This document shows positions 30,520-40,363 of a stretch of 64,000 nt of DNA, piece after piece. Position 1 is the stretch's first letter; each line of letters starts with the position of its first letter. The position numbers were made by a program, and so were the translations under genes. The notes below the pieces were generated by a model, which was not told the origin of the DNA, made no database searches, and saw only the letters and a list, made by a program, of their open reading frames with translations. The stretch spans positions 15,286 to 79,285 of the forward strand of contig JBDWSS010000055.1 in assembly GCA_039985375.1 (NCBI GenBank), in the 5' to 3' direction. This DNA comes from Flavobacteriaceae bacterium (GTDB taxonomy: Bacteria > Bacteroidota > Bacteroidia > Flavobacteriales > Flavobacteriaceae).

Positions 30520-31833
30520 TTACCCCAGAAAAAGGGGTTGGCCAGTACTTTGAAGCACAGAAAACCAAAAACCACCTTCTAAATCAATTTTCTTTCTTTT
30601 GGAAACCACGGCAGAAATTGGCAGATACACAAACTTATCGTTGACCTTTCCAACCACAAACTTGGTTTTACCGCTCATTGCTCCATGTACGGCGTGATAG
30701 GCGAGACTGCTGCAAAACACGCTATCTCCTGAGTTGGCCGCCGCACTCCTTATAATATAACTGGGATCAATATATTTGATTGTAACAGGAAAGATATCGG
30801 AGAAATATTCCCCTATTTTTTGTTTCAGAAATATTCCAATATCCTTATGTTGAACATTGCCGGAAGCATCCGTTATGGTATCTTCTTTTTCAAAAAGATG
30901 CTGTCCTGCTCCTTCTGCAACCACAATTACTGCATGATGTTTATCTTCCAACCTCGTCTTTAGAACTTCCAGAAAACCATCATTTCCATAAAGTTTAAAA
31001 TCCAGTTCTGGAACAAGTACAAAATTCACCACAGGCATTGCAAGTGATGCCGAAGCTGCAATAAAACCGCTATCCCTTCCCATTAGTTTAACAATGGAAA
31101 TACCATTATAAGCTCCGGTAGCCTCATTGTGTGCATCTTTTAAAATTGGACTGGCAATATCAAAAGCGGTTTCAAAACCAAAAGATTTGTCTATGATATC
31201 AACGTCGTTATCAATAGTCTTTGGAATTCCTACAACACTAATGTCCAAATCTCTCTTCTTGATTTCCTCTCCTATGGCATTGCATCCTTTTAGGGTCCCA
31301 TCCCCTCCTATGGTAAAAAGCATTTGAATATTGTTCGAGACCAAGGTATCAACCATTACGGAAACATCCTGGGCCCCTCTGGAGGAACCCAAAATGGTAC
31401 CGCCAAATTGGTGAATGTCCTTTACTTTATCTGGAGTAAGTTCTATGAATCCATGACCCATTTCAGGATTCAACCCTTCATATCCATAAGGAATTCCCAG
31501 TATCCTTTTGGCCCCATAAAAATAATGTAACGCCATTACTATTCCACGAATTACATTGTTGATGCCAGGACAAAGCCCCCCGCAAGTAACAATTGCCGCA
31601 GTAAAGTTTTGAGGCTCAAAATGAATATTTTGCCTCGGCCCTGCTTTTTCCAAACACAAAGGTGTCTCATTATTAACAATACACTTGTTGTATTCCTCCA
31701 AAGTGGTATCAAAAACCAATTTATCGGTTTCACCTATAAAAGTGAAAATGTTATCTCCCCTCACAGTGCTTAGCTGCAGGGGAGATTTGAAGTTGGGATG
31801 TCCTAAGTTTTCTATTTGAAATCTGTCTTTCAC
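30520..31833 (-). CDS. pfkA: ATP-dependent 6-phosphofructokinase (long form)
   Basis: 437-aa ORF with CGGLCPGINNVIRG and IGGDGT (the GGDG form suggests ATP rather than PPi) and PKTIDND. Confidence 0.9.
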   Translation of the reverse strand: MKDRFQIENLGHPNFKSPLQLSTVRGDNIFTFIGETDKLVFDTTLEEYNKCIVNNETPLCLEKAGPRQNIHFEPQNFTAAIVTCGGLCPGINNVIRGIVMALHYFYGAKRILGIPYGYEGLNPEMGHGFIELTPDKVKDIHQFGGTILGSSRGAQDVSVMVDTLVSNNIQMLFTIGGDGTLKGCNAIGEEIKKRDLDISVVGIPKTIDNDVDIIDKSFGFETAFDIASPILKDAHNEATGAYNGISIVKLMGRDSGFIAASASLAMPVVNFVLVPELDFKLYGNDGFLEVLKTRLEDKHHAVIVVAEGAGQHLFEKEDTITDASGNVQHKDIGIFLKQKIGEYFSDIFPVTIKYIDPSYIIRSAAANSGDSVFCSSLAYHAVHGAMSGKTKFVVGKVNDKFVYLPISAVVSKRKKIDLEGGFWFSVLQSTGQPLFLG

Positions 31834-31839
31834 CTTATA

Positions 31840-33468
31840 TTAAAAGTGTTCGTTCAAGCTATGATGGGAATCTATCAATGGACCTCCATTCAATATTTCC
31901 TCTGAAGCCTCGCTTGCAAATTTATCAAAGTTTATGTGGAACGAATGTGCCAGTTGGATGGCTTTGCTAATATAAGCTCCTTTTTGCAGCCAAGTGTTCA
32001 TGGGATCCAATATCTCCGTGGGCACTCCAGGGCAATACTTTGGCATGTAAAGTCCAAAAACGGGATGTGCATCAAATTCCACATCATCCAATTTACCTTC
32101 CAAAGCGGCAGCAATCATTGCTCTGGTATACTTTAACTTTATCCTTGAACCCACTCCATATGGGCCACCGCTCCAACCCGTATTAACCAACCAAACATTT
32201 ACTCCGGCCTCGGTCATCTTCTTGCTCAACATTTCTGCATAAACTGTTGGGTGCAATGGCATAAAGGGTTCTCCAAAACAAGCTGAAAAAGAGGGTACAG
32301 GTTCATTTATTCCGGCTTCAGTGCCCGCAACCTTGGCGGTATATCCAGAGATAAAATGATATGCAGCCTGCCCTGGGGTTAATTTAGACATTGGAGGTAA
32401 AACACCAAAGGCATCGCAGGTTAAGAAAAAGATATTTTTAGGGTTTGACGCATGGGAAGGTACCTGAATATTATCTATGTGATCAATAGGATAACTCACC
32501 CTGGTGTTTTGGGTAATGGAACTATCAAAGTAATCTACCTCTTTTGTTCCTTCTTTAAAAACTATATTTTCCAATAAAGCTCCAGGACGTATGGCTCTAA
32601 AAATATCGGGTTCTTTCTCTTCGGTTAAGTCGATGACCTTGGCATAGCATCCTCCCTCAAAATTAAATATACTGTTCTCAGCCGTCCAACCATGCTCATC
32701 ATCTCCTATCAATTTTCTATTGGGGTCTGCCGATAAGGTCGTTTTTCCGGTACCTGACAAGCCAAAGAAAATAGCGGTATCTCCTGCTTCTCCCACATTT
32801 GCCGAACAGTGCATTGGAAGTACATTTTTCTCTACGGGTAAAATCAGATTCAATGCAGAAAAAATACCTTTTTTCATCTCACCGGTATAAGCAGAACCAC
32901 CTACCAAAGCGATTTTTTTTGTAAAATTTAGAATGGAAAAGTTACCACTGATGATTCCAAAATCTTTTGGCACGGGAGCTTCATACCCAGGAGCGCATAA
33001 TACCAGCCATTCTTCTTCAAAATTCTCCAGTTCCTCTTCGTTTAACCTGAGAAACATATTTTTAATAAAATAATTGGACCATGGATATTCAGTAATAGTC
33101 CTTACGTTCATTTTATACTTGGGGTCAGCACATACCGATGCATCACGGACAAATACTTCTTTACCACTTAAATATTCCACCATTTCGGCATAAAGCTTGT
33201 CAAAATTCAAAGGGGATAATGGTTTGTTCACCCTTCCCCACCACACTTTGTCCTTGGTATAATCATCCTTTACCAAAAACCGATCTTTAGGCGAACGTCC
33301 TGTAAATTTGCCCGTATTTATGGACAATGTTCCATTTTCAGTTTCTGTGCCCATCCCATTATCAACGGTAATACGTTGTAGGGTCTCTGCATCTAAATTC
33401 CAATGTGCCAAAATGTTCTTTAAGCCATATCTGCTTAAATCTCTAGTTTTTTCCGTGACTTCATTCAT
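31840..33468 (-). CDS. pckA: phosphoenolpyruvate carboxykinase (ATP)
   Basis: 542-aa ORF with the kinase-1a motif GLSGTGKTTLS and IGDDEHGW. Confidence 0.95.
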   Translation of the reverse strand: MNEVTEKTRDLSRYGLKNILAHWNLDAETLQRITVDNGMGTETENGTLSINTGKFTGRSPKDRFLVKDDYTKDKVWWGRVNKPLSPLNFDKLYAEMVEYLSGKEVFVRDASVCADPKYKMNVRTITEYPWSNYFIKNMFLRLNEEELENFEEEWLVLCAPGYEAPVPKDFGIISGNFSILNFTKKIALVGGSAYTGEMKKGIFSALNLILPVEKNVLPMHCSANVGEAGDTAIFFGLSGTGKTTLSADPNRKLIGDDEHGWTAENSIFNFEGGCYAKVIDLTEEKEPDIFRAIRPGALLENIVFKEGTKEVDYFDSSITQNTRVSYPIDHIDNIQVPSHASNPKNIFFLTCDAFGVLPPMSKLTPGQAAYHFISGYTAKVAGTEAGINEPVPSFSACFGEPFMPLHPTVYAEMLSKKMTEAGVNVWLVNTGWSGGPYGVGSRIKLKYTRAMIAAALEGKLDDVEFDAHPVFGLYMPKYCPGVPTEILDPMNTWLQKGAYISKAIQLAHSFHINFDKFASEASEEILNGGPLIDSHHSLNEHF

Positions 33469-33486
33469 AATTTTTGTTTTTTTAAG

Positions 33487-35325
33487 TTAAAAGTTCCATA
33501 TCCACGGAACCAGTATTAATGTTGCAACAAAAAACAGGAGCAATAATGGCCCTCCTACTTTTATATAGTCTATAAATTTGTATCCGCCAGAGGACATTAC
33601 CATAGCATTGGTGGTTGTTCCAACGGGAGTTAAAAAAGCTGTGGAAGCACTGATTGCAACGGCGATCATAAATGGTTTTGGAGACACTCCCAATGTAGTT
33701 GAGGCCATAATGGCGATGGGCGCCATTAAAACTGCCGTCGCAGAATTGTTTATGGTTTGACTGAGTGTGGTGGTCAATATAAATATTCCCCCCAAAAGCG
33801 CGACAGGATGAATACTTCCCAGTGAATCTACCAAACTATTGGCAGCTAATTGTGCTACACCTGTCTTTTGCAGGGCAAGTCCCATAGGAATCATTGCCGC
33901 TATCATTACCACACTTGTCCAACTAATTCCTTTGTATGCTTTTGAAATGGGAACACAACGAGTCAACAGCATAATTCCTGCACAAATTAAAGCGGCTATG
34001 GCCCCTGGAAGTATCTTAAATACCAATAACAATATCATAAGTACAAGTGTTCCAATGGCAACATAACTACGTGCGTTTAGTATAGCTACATTCTTTGACA
34101 TTGATTCTGGACTTCCAGAAATCAATACATTTTCATATAAAGATTTTAAGGTCTCCATATTTGTCCAGGATCCGCGAATTACAAAGGCATCTCCGGCTGC
34201 AATTTTTATTCTGCCCTTAAGGGCCCTATTGTTTCTTGAAGCTGCTAATAATTGCACTCCAGCTTGTTTTAGATAATTTCCCAGATTGATGGTCTTGCCT
34301 ACAAAAACCGAGTTTGGTGTAATCAACATTTCAGCCATCCCCACTTCTTGATTGATCAATTCATTTTTAAGGGTATCTCTTTCTGCCCTGGTTGGAACAA
34401 TGCCTAGATTATACCTTAAAACCAATTTATCTACCGCCTCTGGCTCACCTTCCACGGTAATAATATCATGATACCTCATTTCGGTATCCGGGTCTGGCAA
34501 TTCAACAAATTGAGGTGTTTTTTGTTGTAATGGACTTGGATGCCTTCGTTTTAAACGCATCACTGATATATTGTGTTCCTCTTCAAAGTTCCAGTCTCTG
34601 ATTTCGGTATTGATAAAGGGAGACATGGAGCGTATGCGCAGGCGATATAGATTGTCCCCAATACTATAATTTTCAATCCATTTGTGCATTTCAGCATCAA
34701 TATTGGCAGGTTTTTCATTAGTTTTTCGCTTAGGCAATAAGCGATAGCCAACATACCTAAAATACAGGATTGCAATAATCAACAAAGGCAATCCTATCAA
34801 ACTGAATTCAAAAAACGAGAAGCCTTCAAAGTTATTTTCAACAAGGGCATTGCTAACGATAATATTGGGTGGTGTGCCGGTAAGCGTTAAAAGCCCTCCC
34901 GTATTGGAACCAAAAGCCACTGGCATCAGTAATTTAGATGGTAAGGTCCCTGCACTCCAGGCTGCGGAAACCGTAACAGGCAACAGGGCAGCTACCGTTC
35001 CAGTGTTACTGACAAAACCCGAAAGAACGCTAGCTCCCAAAGTAACAATGACCAGTAGTTTTGGAATACTTTTACCTGCCCAGCTTACAAAGCGTTGCCC
35101 TGCCAATGCTGTCCATCCAGTTCTGGACAGCCCTTCCCCGATTATGAACAATGCGGCAATCATGATAACAGTGGAATTACTGAAACCTGACAATGTTTCC
35201 CTAACATCCAAAATACCCGTTAAATAAAGGGAGAGCATGGACATAAGCGCCACAACATCTGGAGGAAACTTTCCCCATACAAATAAGGCGATCGTAATAC
35301 AGAGTATTATCAAAAGTGTGAACAT
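33487..35325 (-). CDS. SLC13/DASS-family anion permease with central TrkA-C domains
   Basis: 612-aa ORF with two polytopic halves separated by a soluble region of about 200 aa with TrkA-C-like repeats. Confidence 0.85.
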   Translation of the reverse strand: MFTLLIILCITIALFVWGKFPPDVVALMSMLSLYLTGILDVRETLSGFSNSTVIMIAALFIIGEGLSRTGWTALAGQRFVSWAGKSIPKLLVIVTLGASVLSGFVSNTGTVAALLPVTVSAAWSAGTLPSKLLMPVAFGSNTGGLLTLTGTPPNIIVSNALVENNFEGFSFFEFSLIGLPLLIIAILYFRYVGYRLLPKRKTNEKPANIDAEMHKWIENYSIGDNLYRLRIRSMSPFINTEIRDWNFEEEHNISVMRLKRRHPSPLQQKTPQFVELPDPDTEMRYHDIITVEGEPEAVDKLVLRYNLGIVPTRAERDTLKNELINQEVGMAEMLITPNSVFVGKTINLGNYLKQAGVQLLAASRNNRALKGRIKIAAGDAFVIRGSWTNMETLKSLYENVLISGSPESMSKNVAILNARSYVAIGTLVLMILLLVFKILPGAIAALICAGIMLLTRCVPISKAYKGISWTSVVMIAAMIPMGLALQKTGVAQLAANSLVDSLGSIHPVALLGGIFILTTTLSQTINNSATAVLMAPIAIMASTTLGVSPKPFMIAVAISASTAFLTPVGTTTNAMVMSSGGYKFIDYIKVGGPLLLLFFVATLILVPWIWNF

Positions 35326-35347
35326 AGCTTCTCTGTTGGGATTGTCA

Positions 35348-36145
35348 TTAGTCCAAGGTCAATAACGGAACATCTGCATGCAGGGTCAATAGTTTGGTCA
35401 ATCGCCCTTCTGATGGAGTGCTCAATCGGGTATGGTTTCTTGGTAAAATGGCAAGAAGGTCAATGTTTTTCCTGTTGATATAATTTAAAATTCCTTCTTC
35501 AACATCCTGATTTTTATTGAATGTGTGTTCTTCATAAAAGTGTTCCAAGTAATACTCCAATAAATTTTCGGTGCTATCAACAATAGACTCCTCGGCATAA
35601 ACTGATTCTTTATAGATGGTAAGCACATGCACCTTTGAATTAAATGTTCTAGCAATATCGAGAAGGGTCTTTAGCACTTCTTTATCATCAATTTCCTCAT
35701 TGCCCAATACAAGTGCTATTTCTTTGGGCACTTTTATATCGCAACCATAAGGTACCGAGATTACAGGGCAATTGGCATTAAGAACAAGCTTTGAAGTGTT
35801 GGTTATTGCTTCATCGGTTACCTTATCTAACATGGTCCCCATCATTATTAAGTTCGCTTCATATTTCTGCTGAACCGCAAGGATTGTGTCAATAACCTCT
35901 CCAGTGACCACGGTGATTTCCGGTGCTCTTTTTACCTTTTTTGAAAAGGAATCGATTACCTTTTTAAAATTCGATTTTAAGTTTATTTCCTCAGATTCCG
36001 AAACAGGCATTGCGGAAACGTATAATGCCTGAATATCCACAACCCTATTGGGTCCCGCAAAATTGATTACATACTCCAAGGCATTAACAGATGCTTCAGA
36101 AAAATCGAATGGAATTAAAACTTTATTAATATGACTCATACCCAA
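35348..36145 (-). CDS. universal stress protein (tandem-domain)
   Basis: 265-aa ORF with two Usp halves (VLIPFDFSE...; VISVP). It ends 22 nt upstream of the permease start, on the same strand. Confidence 0.85.
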   Translation of the reverse strand: MGMSHINKVLIPFDFSEASVNALEYVINFAGPNRVVDIQALYVSAMPVSESEEINLKSNFKKVIDSFSKKVKRAPEITVVTGEVIDTILAVQQKYEANLIMMGTMLDKVTDEAITNTSKLVLNANCPVISVPYGCDIKVPKEIALVLGNEEIDDKEVLKTLLDIARTFNSKVHVLTIYKESVYAEESIVDSTENLLEYYLEHFYEEHTFNKNQDVEEGILNYINRKNIDLLAILPRNHTRLSTPSEGRLTKLLTLHADVPLLTLD

Positions 36146-36202
36146 AAAATTAAGTGATTAAAATCTTCATTTCAAAAGTATTACCAGCTTATGACCTAAA
36201 AT

Positions 36203-36216
36203 ATGACAGAGATCAG
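36203..36216 (-). promoter_or_regulatory. Crp/Fnr-type box upstream of usp-SLC13-pckA-pfkA
   Basis: Reads CTGATCTCTGTCAT in gene orientation. The -7 TACTTTTG (36173-36180) starts at the 23rd nt after the box. Confidence 0.7.
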
Positions 36217-36437
36217 GTTTTAAAATTTTATAAAAAAAGAAGTGCCAATTTCCTTTAAGATCTGCACATCCCATACATAAAGTTATAGGCACAATTGGCC
36301 TCATTATTCACCCAGTATTCAACGTATTGCTTTGAATGTAAAAGAAGGGTGAACATTTCCCTTTGAAACTGATAAGTATCATTCTTTTTCCAGTTGTAAA
36401 ACACAAAACTTTGTGTCCAATATCAAAGACCATTCGC

Positions 36438-37151
36438 ATGGGATATCCCAAACTATTGCCTTTCTGTTTTTTCCTTATTTTATTCCTTGTTGCCTCAAAC
36501 TTCTTCTCCAATGCCCAATCTTTAAAAGAAAATAAATCAGGCTCGTGGTTGGTTTTATCAGGAAACAACAAGGTGCATGATCGGTGGAGTATTCCAACAG
36601 TTGGTATTCTAAGGCACCATGATATCTTTCAACAATATGAGTTTGCTTTTGTTAGAACAGGAATATCCTATAAAATAAGCCAAGCGTCAACCTTTACTAC
36701 TGGCGTGGCCTATTTGAATTCAAAGACCTATATGGAATCTACAGCAATCAATAGGGCCTCCCAATTTTGGATTTATGAGGAATACGCTTTAAAGACAAAA
36801 CTATTTTCCCATAGATGGAGATTGGAAACGCGGTGGAAAAAAAATATTGAAAACTTACAAGTAAATAACAGGGTGAGGTATCGGATTCAATATAGTCAGT
36901 TACTTTACAAAAAAATATATCTCAAGTCATTTAATGAATTGTTTTTTAATCTTAACGGCCCATTATTTGATCAAAACAGACTTTATATGGGTCTAGGTCA
37001 AATTTTAACCCCTTCCGTTAAAATTGATATTGGGTATTTAAAAAATCACTTTAAAAGTTCTGCGCACGATGTTATTCGAATGGGCTTGACTTTTAAAACT
37101 GATCTCACAAAAAAAGAAATTGCCCAATATAGATCAATCCAAAGTCAATAG
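36438..37151 (+). CDS. putative outer-membrane protein (DUF2490-like)
   Basis: Start set to MGYPKLLPFCFFLILFLVASNFFSNAQS (signal peptide). Trp/Tyr/Arg-rich beta-strand pattern. The family assignment is tentative. Confidence 0.5.
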   Translation: MGYPKLLPFCFFLILFLVASNFFSNAQSLKENKSGSWLVLSGNNKVHDRWSIPTVGILRHHDIFQQYEFAFVRTGISYKISQASTFTTGVAYLNSKTYMESTAINRASQFWIYEEYALKTKLFSHRWRLETRWKKNIENLQVNNRVRYRIQYSQLLYKKIYLKSFNELFFNLNGPLFDQNRLYMGLGQILTPSVKIDIGYLKNHFKSSAHDVIRMGLTFKTDLTKKEIAQYRSIQSQ

Positions 37152-37181
37152 CGTATTGAATAGTGAAACTATCCACATGAC

Positions 37182-37195
37182 CTGATTATTATCAT
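37182..37195 (+). promoter_or_regulatory. Crp/Fnr-type box upstream of tonB
   Basis: CTGATTATTATCAT. The -7-like TAACTTTA (37218-37225) starts at the 23rd nt after the box. 52 nt separate the box from the ATG. Confidence 0.65.
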
Positions 37196-37247
37196 ATTTT
37201 TTGGTGCATGACCTATCTAACTTTATATCAATTAAATAGAAAATGTC

Positions 37248-37973
37248 ATGAAACCAAAAAAGAACCCAAAAGCAGATATAGGACGCAATAGCAGTCTCTA
37301 TTTTATGATAGGTCTTAATCTTGTTCTGTTAGTTGTTTGGCAATCTTTCGAGCTTAAAACCTATGAGAAAGAATTGCAGGCCCAGAACGTAGTCAATATA
37401 GTTGACGAGCTTAAAGAGGATGTTCCCTTAACGGAAAATGTAGTAACAACACCTCCTCCGCCTCCGCCTTCCGCACCGGATGTAATTGAAATTATTGAAG
37501 ATGTTGAGGATGTTGAGGAAACTGTCATTGAAAGCACTGAAAGTAGTCAAGATACTTTTATTGAAGATGCAATTGTAAATGTAGATGATTTGGAAGTTGG
37601 AGAAGTGGAAGAAGACATCACGGTACCTTTTGCTTTTATTGAAAATGTGCCTGTTTTTCCTGGGTGCGAAAATTGTTCAACTGAAAAGGAGCGGAAAATT
37701 TGTTTTAATCAAAAGATGCAAGAACATGTTAAAAATAATTTCCAATATCCCAAACCTGCACTGGACATGAATATTACGGGAAAAGTCTATGTACAATTTG
37801 TAATAGATTCCAATGGAAGAGTGAAAAACATTCAAAAAAGGGGCCCGGATAGGTTATTGGAGCAGGAAGCCGAACGAATTATTGCAGCCTTACCTATGAT
37901 AAAACCTGGCAAACAGCGCGGAAAACCTGTAAAGGTCAAATATGGCATTCCTATCAATTTTGTGATGCAATAA
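37248..37973 (+). CDS. tonB: energy transducer TonB
   Basis: 241-aa ORF with an N-terminal TM, a proline run (TTPPPPPPSAPD), an acidic linker and a C-terminal TonB_C-like domain (GKVYVQFVIDSNGRV...GIPINF). Confidence 0.85.
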   Translation: MKPKKNPKADIGRNSSLYFMIGLNLVLLVVWQSFELKTYEKELQAQNVVNIVDELKEDVPLTENVVTTPPPPPPSAPDVIEIIEDVEDVEETVIESTESSQDTFIEDAIVNVDDLEVGEVEEDITVPFAFIENVPVFPGCENCSTEKERKICFNQKMQEHVKNNFQYPKPALDMNITGKVYVQFVIDSNGRVKNIQKRGPDRLLEQEAERIIAALPMIKPGKQRGKPVKVKYGIPINFVMQ

Positions 37974-38012
37974 TATTTAATGTCAGGAACACTAAACTCA
38001 ATAGAAACACAC

Positions 38013-38026
38013 CTGATAATTATCAT
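38013..38026 (+). promoter_or_regulatory. Crp/Fnr-type box upstream of hemN-usp
   Basis: CTGATAATTATCAT. The -7 TAATTTTG (38049-38056) starts at the 23rd nt after the box. 50 nt separate the box from the ATG. Confidence 0.7.
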
Positions 38027-38053
38027 GTTTTATACAATCATCGGAGGTTAATT

Positions 38054-38067
38054 TTGATCATCATCAA
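38054..38067. promoter_or_regulatory. perfect TTGAT-N4-ATCAA palindrome overlapping the hemN -7 element
   Basis: TTGATCATCATCAA is identical to the classical FNR consensus half-sites. It overlaps the last 3 nt of the -7 box and ends 9 nt before the hemN ATG. Confidence 0.45.
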
Positions 38068-38076
38068 ATTGTAAAT

Positions 38077-39435
38077 ATGTGTCATCTCGTTCAAAAATAC
38101 AATGTTCCTGGACCCCGTTATACCAGCTATCCCACAGTACCTTACTGGGATTTGGATAATTTTTCCGGCAAGCTCTGGAAAGCAAGTGTGCTCCAAGCTT
38201 TTCAGGAAGATCCTAAAAAGGGAATCAGTCTTTATATTCATCTCCCATTTTGTGAGAGCATGTGCACTTTTTGTGGATGTCACAAACGCATCACCAAAAG
38301 ACATGAACTCGAGCTGCCTTACATAAAAACTATTCTAAAAGAATGGCAATTGTATTGTGACCTTCTAGGCACTAAACCTACCATTAAAGAAATACACCTT
38401 GGTGGAGGCACACCTACTTTTTTCTCTCCAAAGCATTTGAGAATATTAATGGAGGGCATTCTTCAAAACGGAAAGAAAGCGGAGTCCTATCAATTTAGTT
38501 TTGAAGGGCATCCAAACAATACCACTAAAGAACATTTGCACATATTATATGATTTTGGGTTTAGGAGAGTCTGCTTTGGTGTACAAGATTATAATGAAAC
38601 CGTTCAAAAAGCAATAAACAGAATTCAGCCCTTTGAAAATGTTAAAAATGTGACCGAATGGGCCAGAGAAATAGGATATACTTCCATTGGGCATGATATT
38701 ATTTATGGCTTGCCCTTTCAAACGTTGGAAAATGTAGAAGAGACCATTTTAAAGACCATTGAACTTAAACCTGAACGAATAGCTTTTTACAGTTATGCCC
38801 ATGTGCCGTGGTTAAAAGGTAGCGGGCAACGCGGTTATAAGGATGAGGATATTCCCTCGGGCACGGAGAAAAGGGTGCAGTACGAAATTGGAAAGAAGAT
38901 ATTGACAGATTCTGGATATGTCGATATTGGAATGGATCATTTTTCCCTACCATCTGATGACCTTTATGAAGCAATGGTTAGTGGCAATCTACACAGAAAT
39001 TTTATGGGATATACCCCGTCCAAAACCAAACTCATGATAGGTTTAGGAGCATCGAGTATAAGTGATAGTTGGTATGGGTTTGCCCAAAATGTTAAAGGTG
39101 TGGAAGAATATGAAAATTTGGTATCCAATGGAATTCTTCCAATTTTTAGAGGACATATCCTTACCGAAGAAGATCAAATTATACGAAAGCACATTCTTAA
39201 TCTCATGTGTCAGTTTGAAACAAATTGGGGACTTGGGGAAGCACGTATAGCCGATTTTCAAAAAATCTTTGACAAGTTATCCGAACTAGAACTGGATGGC
39301 TTGGTTGCTATTGAGACCGACAGCATAAAAATTACACAGAAAGGTAGGCCTTTTGTGCGTAATGTTAGTATGGCCTTTGACTTAAAATTACATCGAAAAA
39401 AACCTGACACCAGGTTATTTTCAATGACCGTTTAA
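38077..39435 (+). CDS. hemN: oxygen-independent coproporphyrinogen III oxidase (radical SAM)
   Basis: 452-aa ORF with N-terminal KYNVPGPRYTSYPT and the radical-SAM motif CESMCTFCGC (Cx3Cx2C). Confidence 0.93.
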   Translation: MCHLVQKYNVPGPRYTSYPTVPYWDLDNFSGKLWKASVLQAFQEDPKKGISLYIHLPFCESMCTFCGCHKRITKRHELELPYIKTILKEWQLYCDLLGTKPTIKEIHLGGGTPTFFSPKHLRILMEGILQNGKKAESYQFSFEGHPNNTTKEHLHILYDFGFRRVCFGVQDYNETVQKAINRIQPFENVKNVTEWAREIGYTSIGHDIIYGLPFQTLENVEETILKTIELKPERIAFYSYAHVPWLKGSGQRGYKDEDIPSGTEKRVQYEIGKKILTDSGYVDIGMDHFSLPSDDLYEAMVSGNLHRNFMGYTPSKTKLMIGLGASSISDSWYGFAQNVKGVEEYENLVSNGILPIFRGHILTEEDQIIRKHILNLMCQFETNWGLGEARIADFQKIFDKLSELELDGLVAIETDSIKITQKGRPFVRNVSMAFDLKLHRKKPDTRLFSMTV

Positions 39436-39452
39436 CTATAAAACCAAATCTA

Positions 39453-40274
39453 ATGAAAAGTATTATTGTACCTGTTGATTTTTCGGAACAATCAGAAAAT
39501 GCTCTAAAAGTGGCTGCATCTCTAGCAAAGAAAAATGATGCCCAATTATTGATTTTACATATGTTAGAGCTCTCACCAGCAATTATGAGCGAATCTGGTT
39601 TTATAGCTCCAGAACATGTAGTGCACCTTATAAAAACTGGAGAAAAACGTTTTAACGATTTTTTGGACAAGCCCTATTTAAAAGGTATAAATATTATACC
39701 GATCATAAAACATTACAAAGTATTCCAAGAGGTCCATGAGGTTGCCAAAGAGCACGATGCCGATTTAATTGTTATGGGATCTCATGGTACAGATGGGTTA
39801 CAAGAAATTTTCATAGGATCCAATACCGAACGGGTAGTACGCAATTCTGATATTCCTGTTTTGGTCATCAAGGGTGATATTAAAAAGTTTGCAGTAGAAC
39901 GTTTTGTTTTTGCCAGTGACTATAGAGAGGAAAGCATTCCTGCACTTAAAAGAGCTTTGGCAGTTTCTGAGTTGTTCAAATCTAAACTGCATTTGGTCTA
40001 TATCAATACCCCCGGAGATGAATTCTTGAGCACGGAAGATGCTTACGGTAGAATCTCAAAATTTCTGAACATTGCCAAGATTGGACTTGAAGTTGAAATT
40101 TACAATGACTACAGTGTAGAAAAAGGAGTTCTAAACTATAGCGAAACGGTAGCCGCCGATCTTATTGGAATACCCACCCATGGAAGAAAGGGTTTATCTC
40201 ATTTCTTCATGGGAAGCATTGGGGAGGACATAGCCAATCATTCCAATATTCCGGTAATAACCTTTAAAATTTAA
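39453..40274 (+). CDS. universal stress protein (tandem-domain)
   Basis: 273-aa ORF with two Usp halves (IIVPVDFSE...GSHG...VLVI; ...PTHGRKG...PVITF). Starts 17 nt after hemN. Confidence 0.88.
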   Translation: MKSIIVPVDFSEQSENALKVAASLAKKNDAQLLILHMLELSPAIMSESGFIAPEHVVHLIKTGEKRFNDFLDKPYLKGINIIPIIKHYKVFQEVHEVAKEHDADLIVMGSHGTDGLQEIFIGSNTERVVRNSDIPVLVIKGDIKKFAVERFVFASDYREESIPALKRALAVSELFKSKLHLVYINTPGDEFLSTEDAYGRISKFLNIAKIGLEVEIYNDYSVEKGVLNYSETVAADLIGIPTHGRKGLSHFFMGSIGEDIANHSNIPVITFKI

Positions 40275-40313
40275 TGATTGTTTTTTTGATAGGGTTTTGT
40301 ATTAATTAGATTG

Positions 40314-40346
40314 AAAAAAGGGAAGCTACACAAGTTTCCCTTTTTT
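40314..40346. terminator. bidirectional hairpin terminator between convergent usp and CoA-transferase genes
   Basis: AAAAAAGGGAA - 11-nt loop - TTCCCTTTTTT, with an A-tract and T-tract flanking a short GC core. Confidence 0.45.
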
Positions 40347-40363
40347 ATGTATCGCCCAAATAT

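Noticed and set aside
30524-30538. CCCC-AGAAAAA-GGGG hairpin near the pfkA stop, as a possible terminator.
   Set aside because: It lies inside the pfkA coding end and lacks a following T-tract on the transcribed strand.
36191-36196. Extra ATGACC half-site just upstream of the usp box.
   Set aside because: It is a single half-site with no partner at N4-N6 spacing, so it is probably chance.
36308-36571. 87-aa minus-strand ORF in the usp / DUF2490-like divergent region.
   Set aside because: It overlaps the signal-peptide region of the plus-strand gene and has no export signal, motif or plausible promoter.
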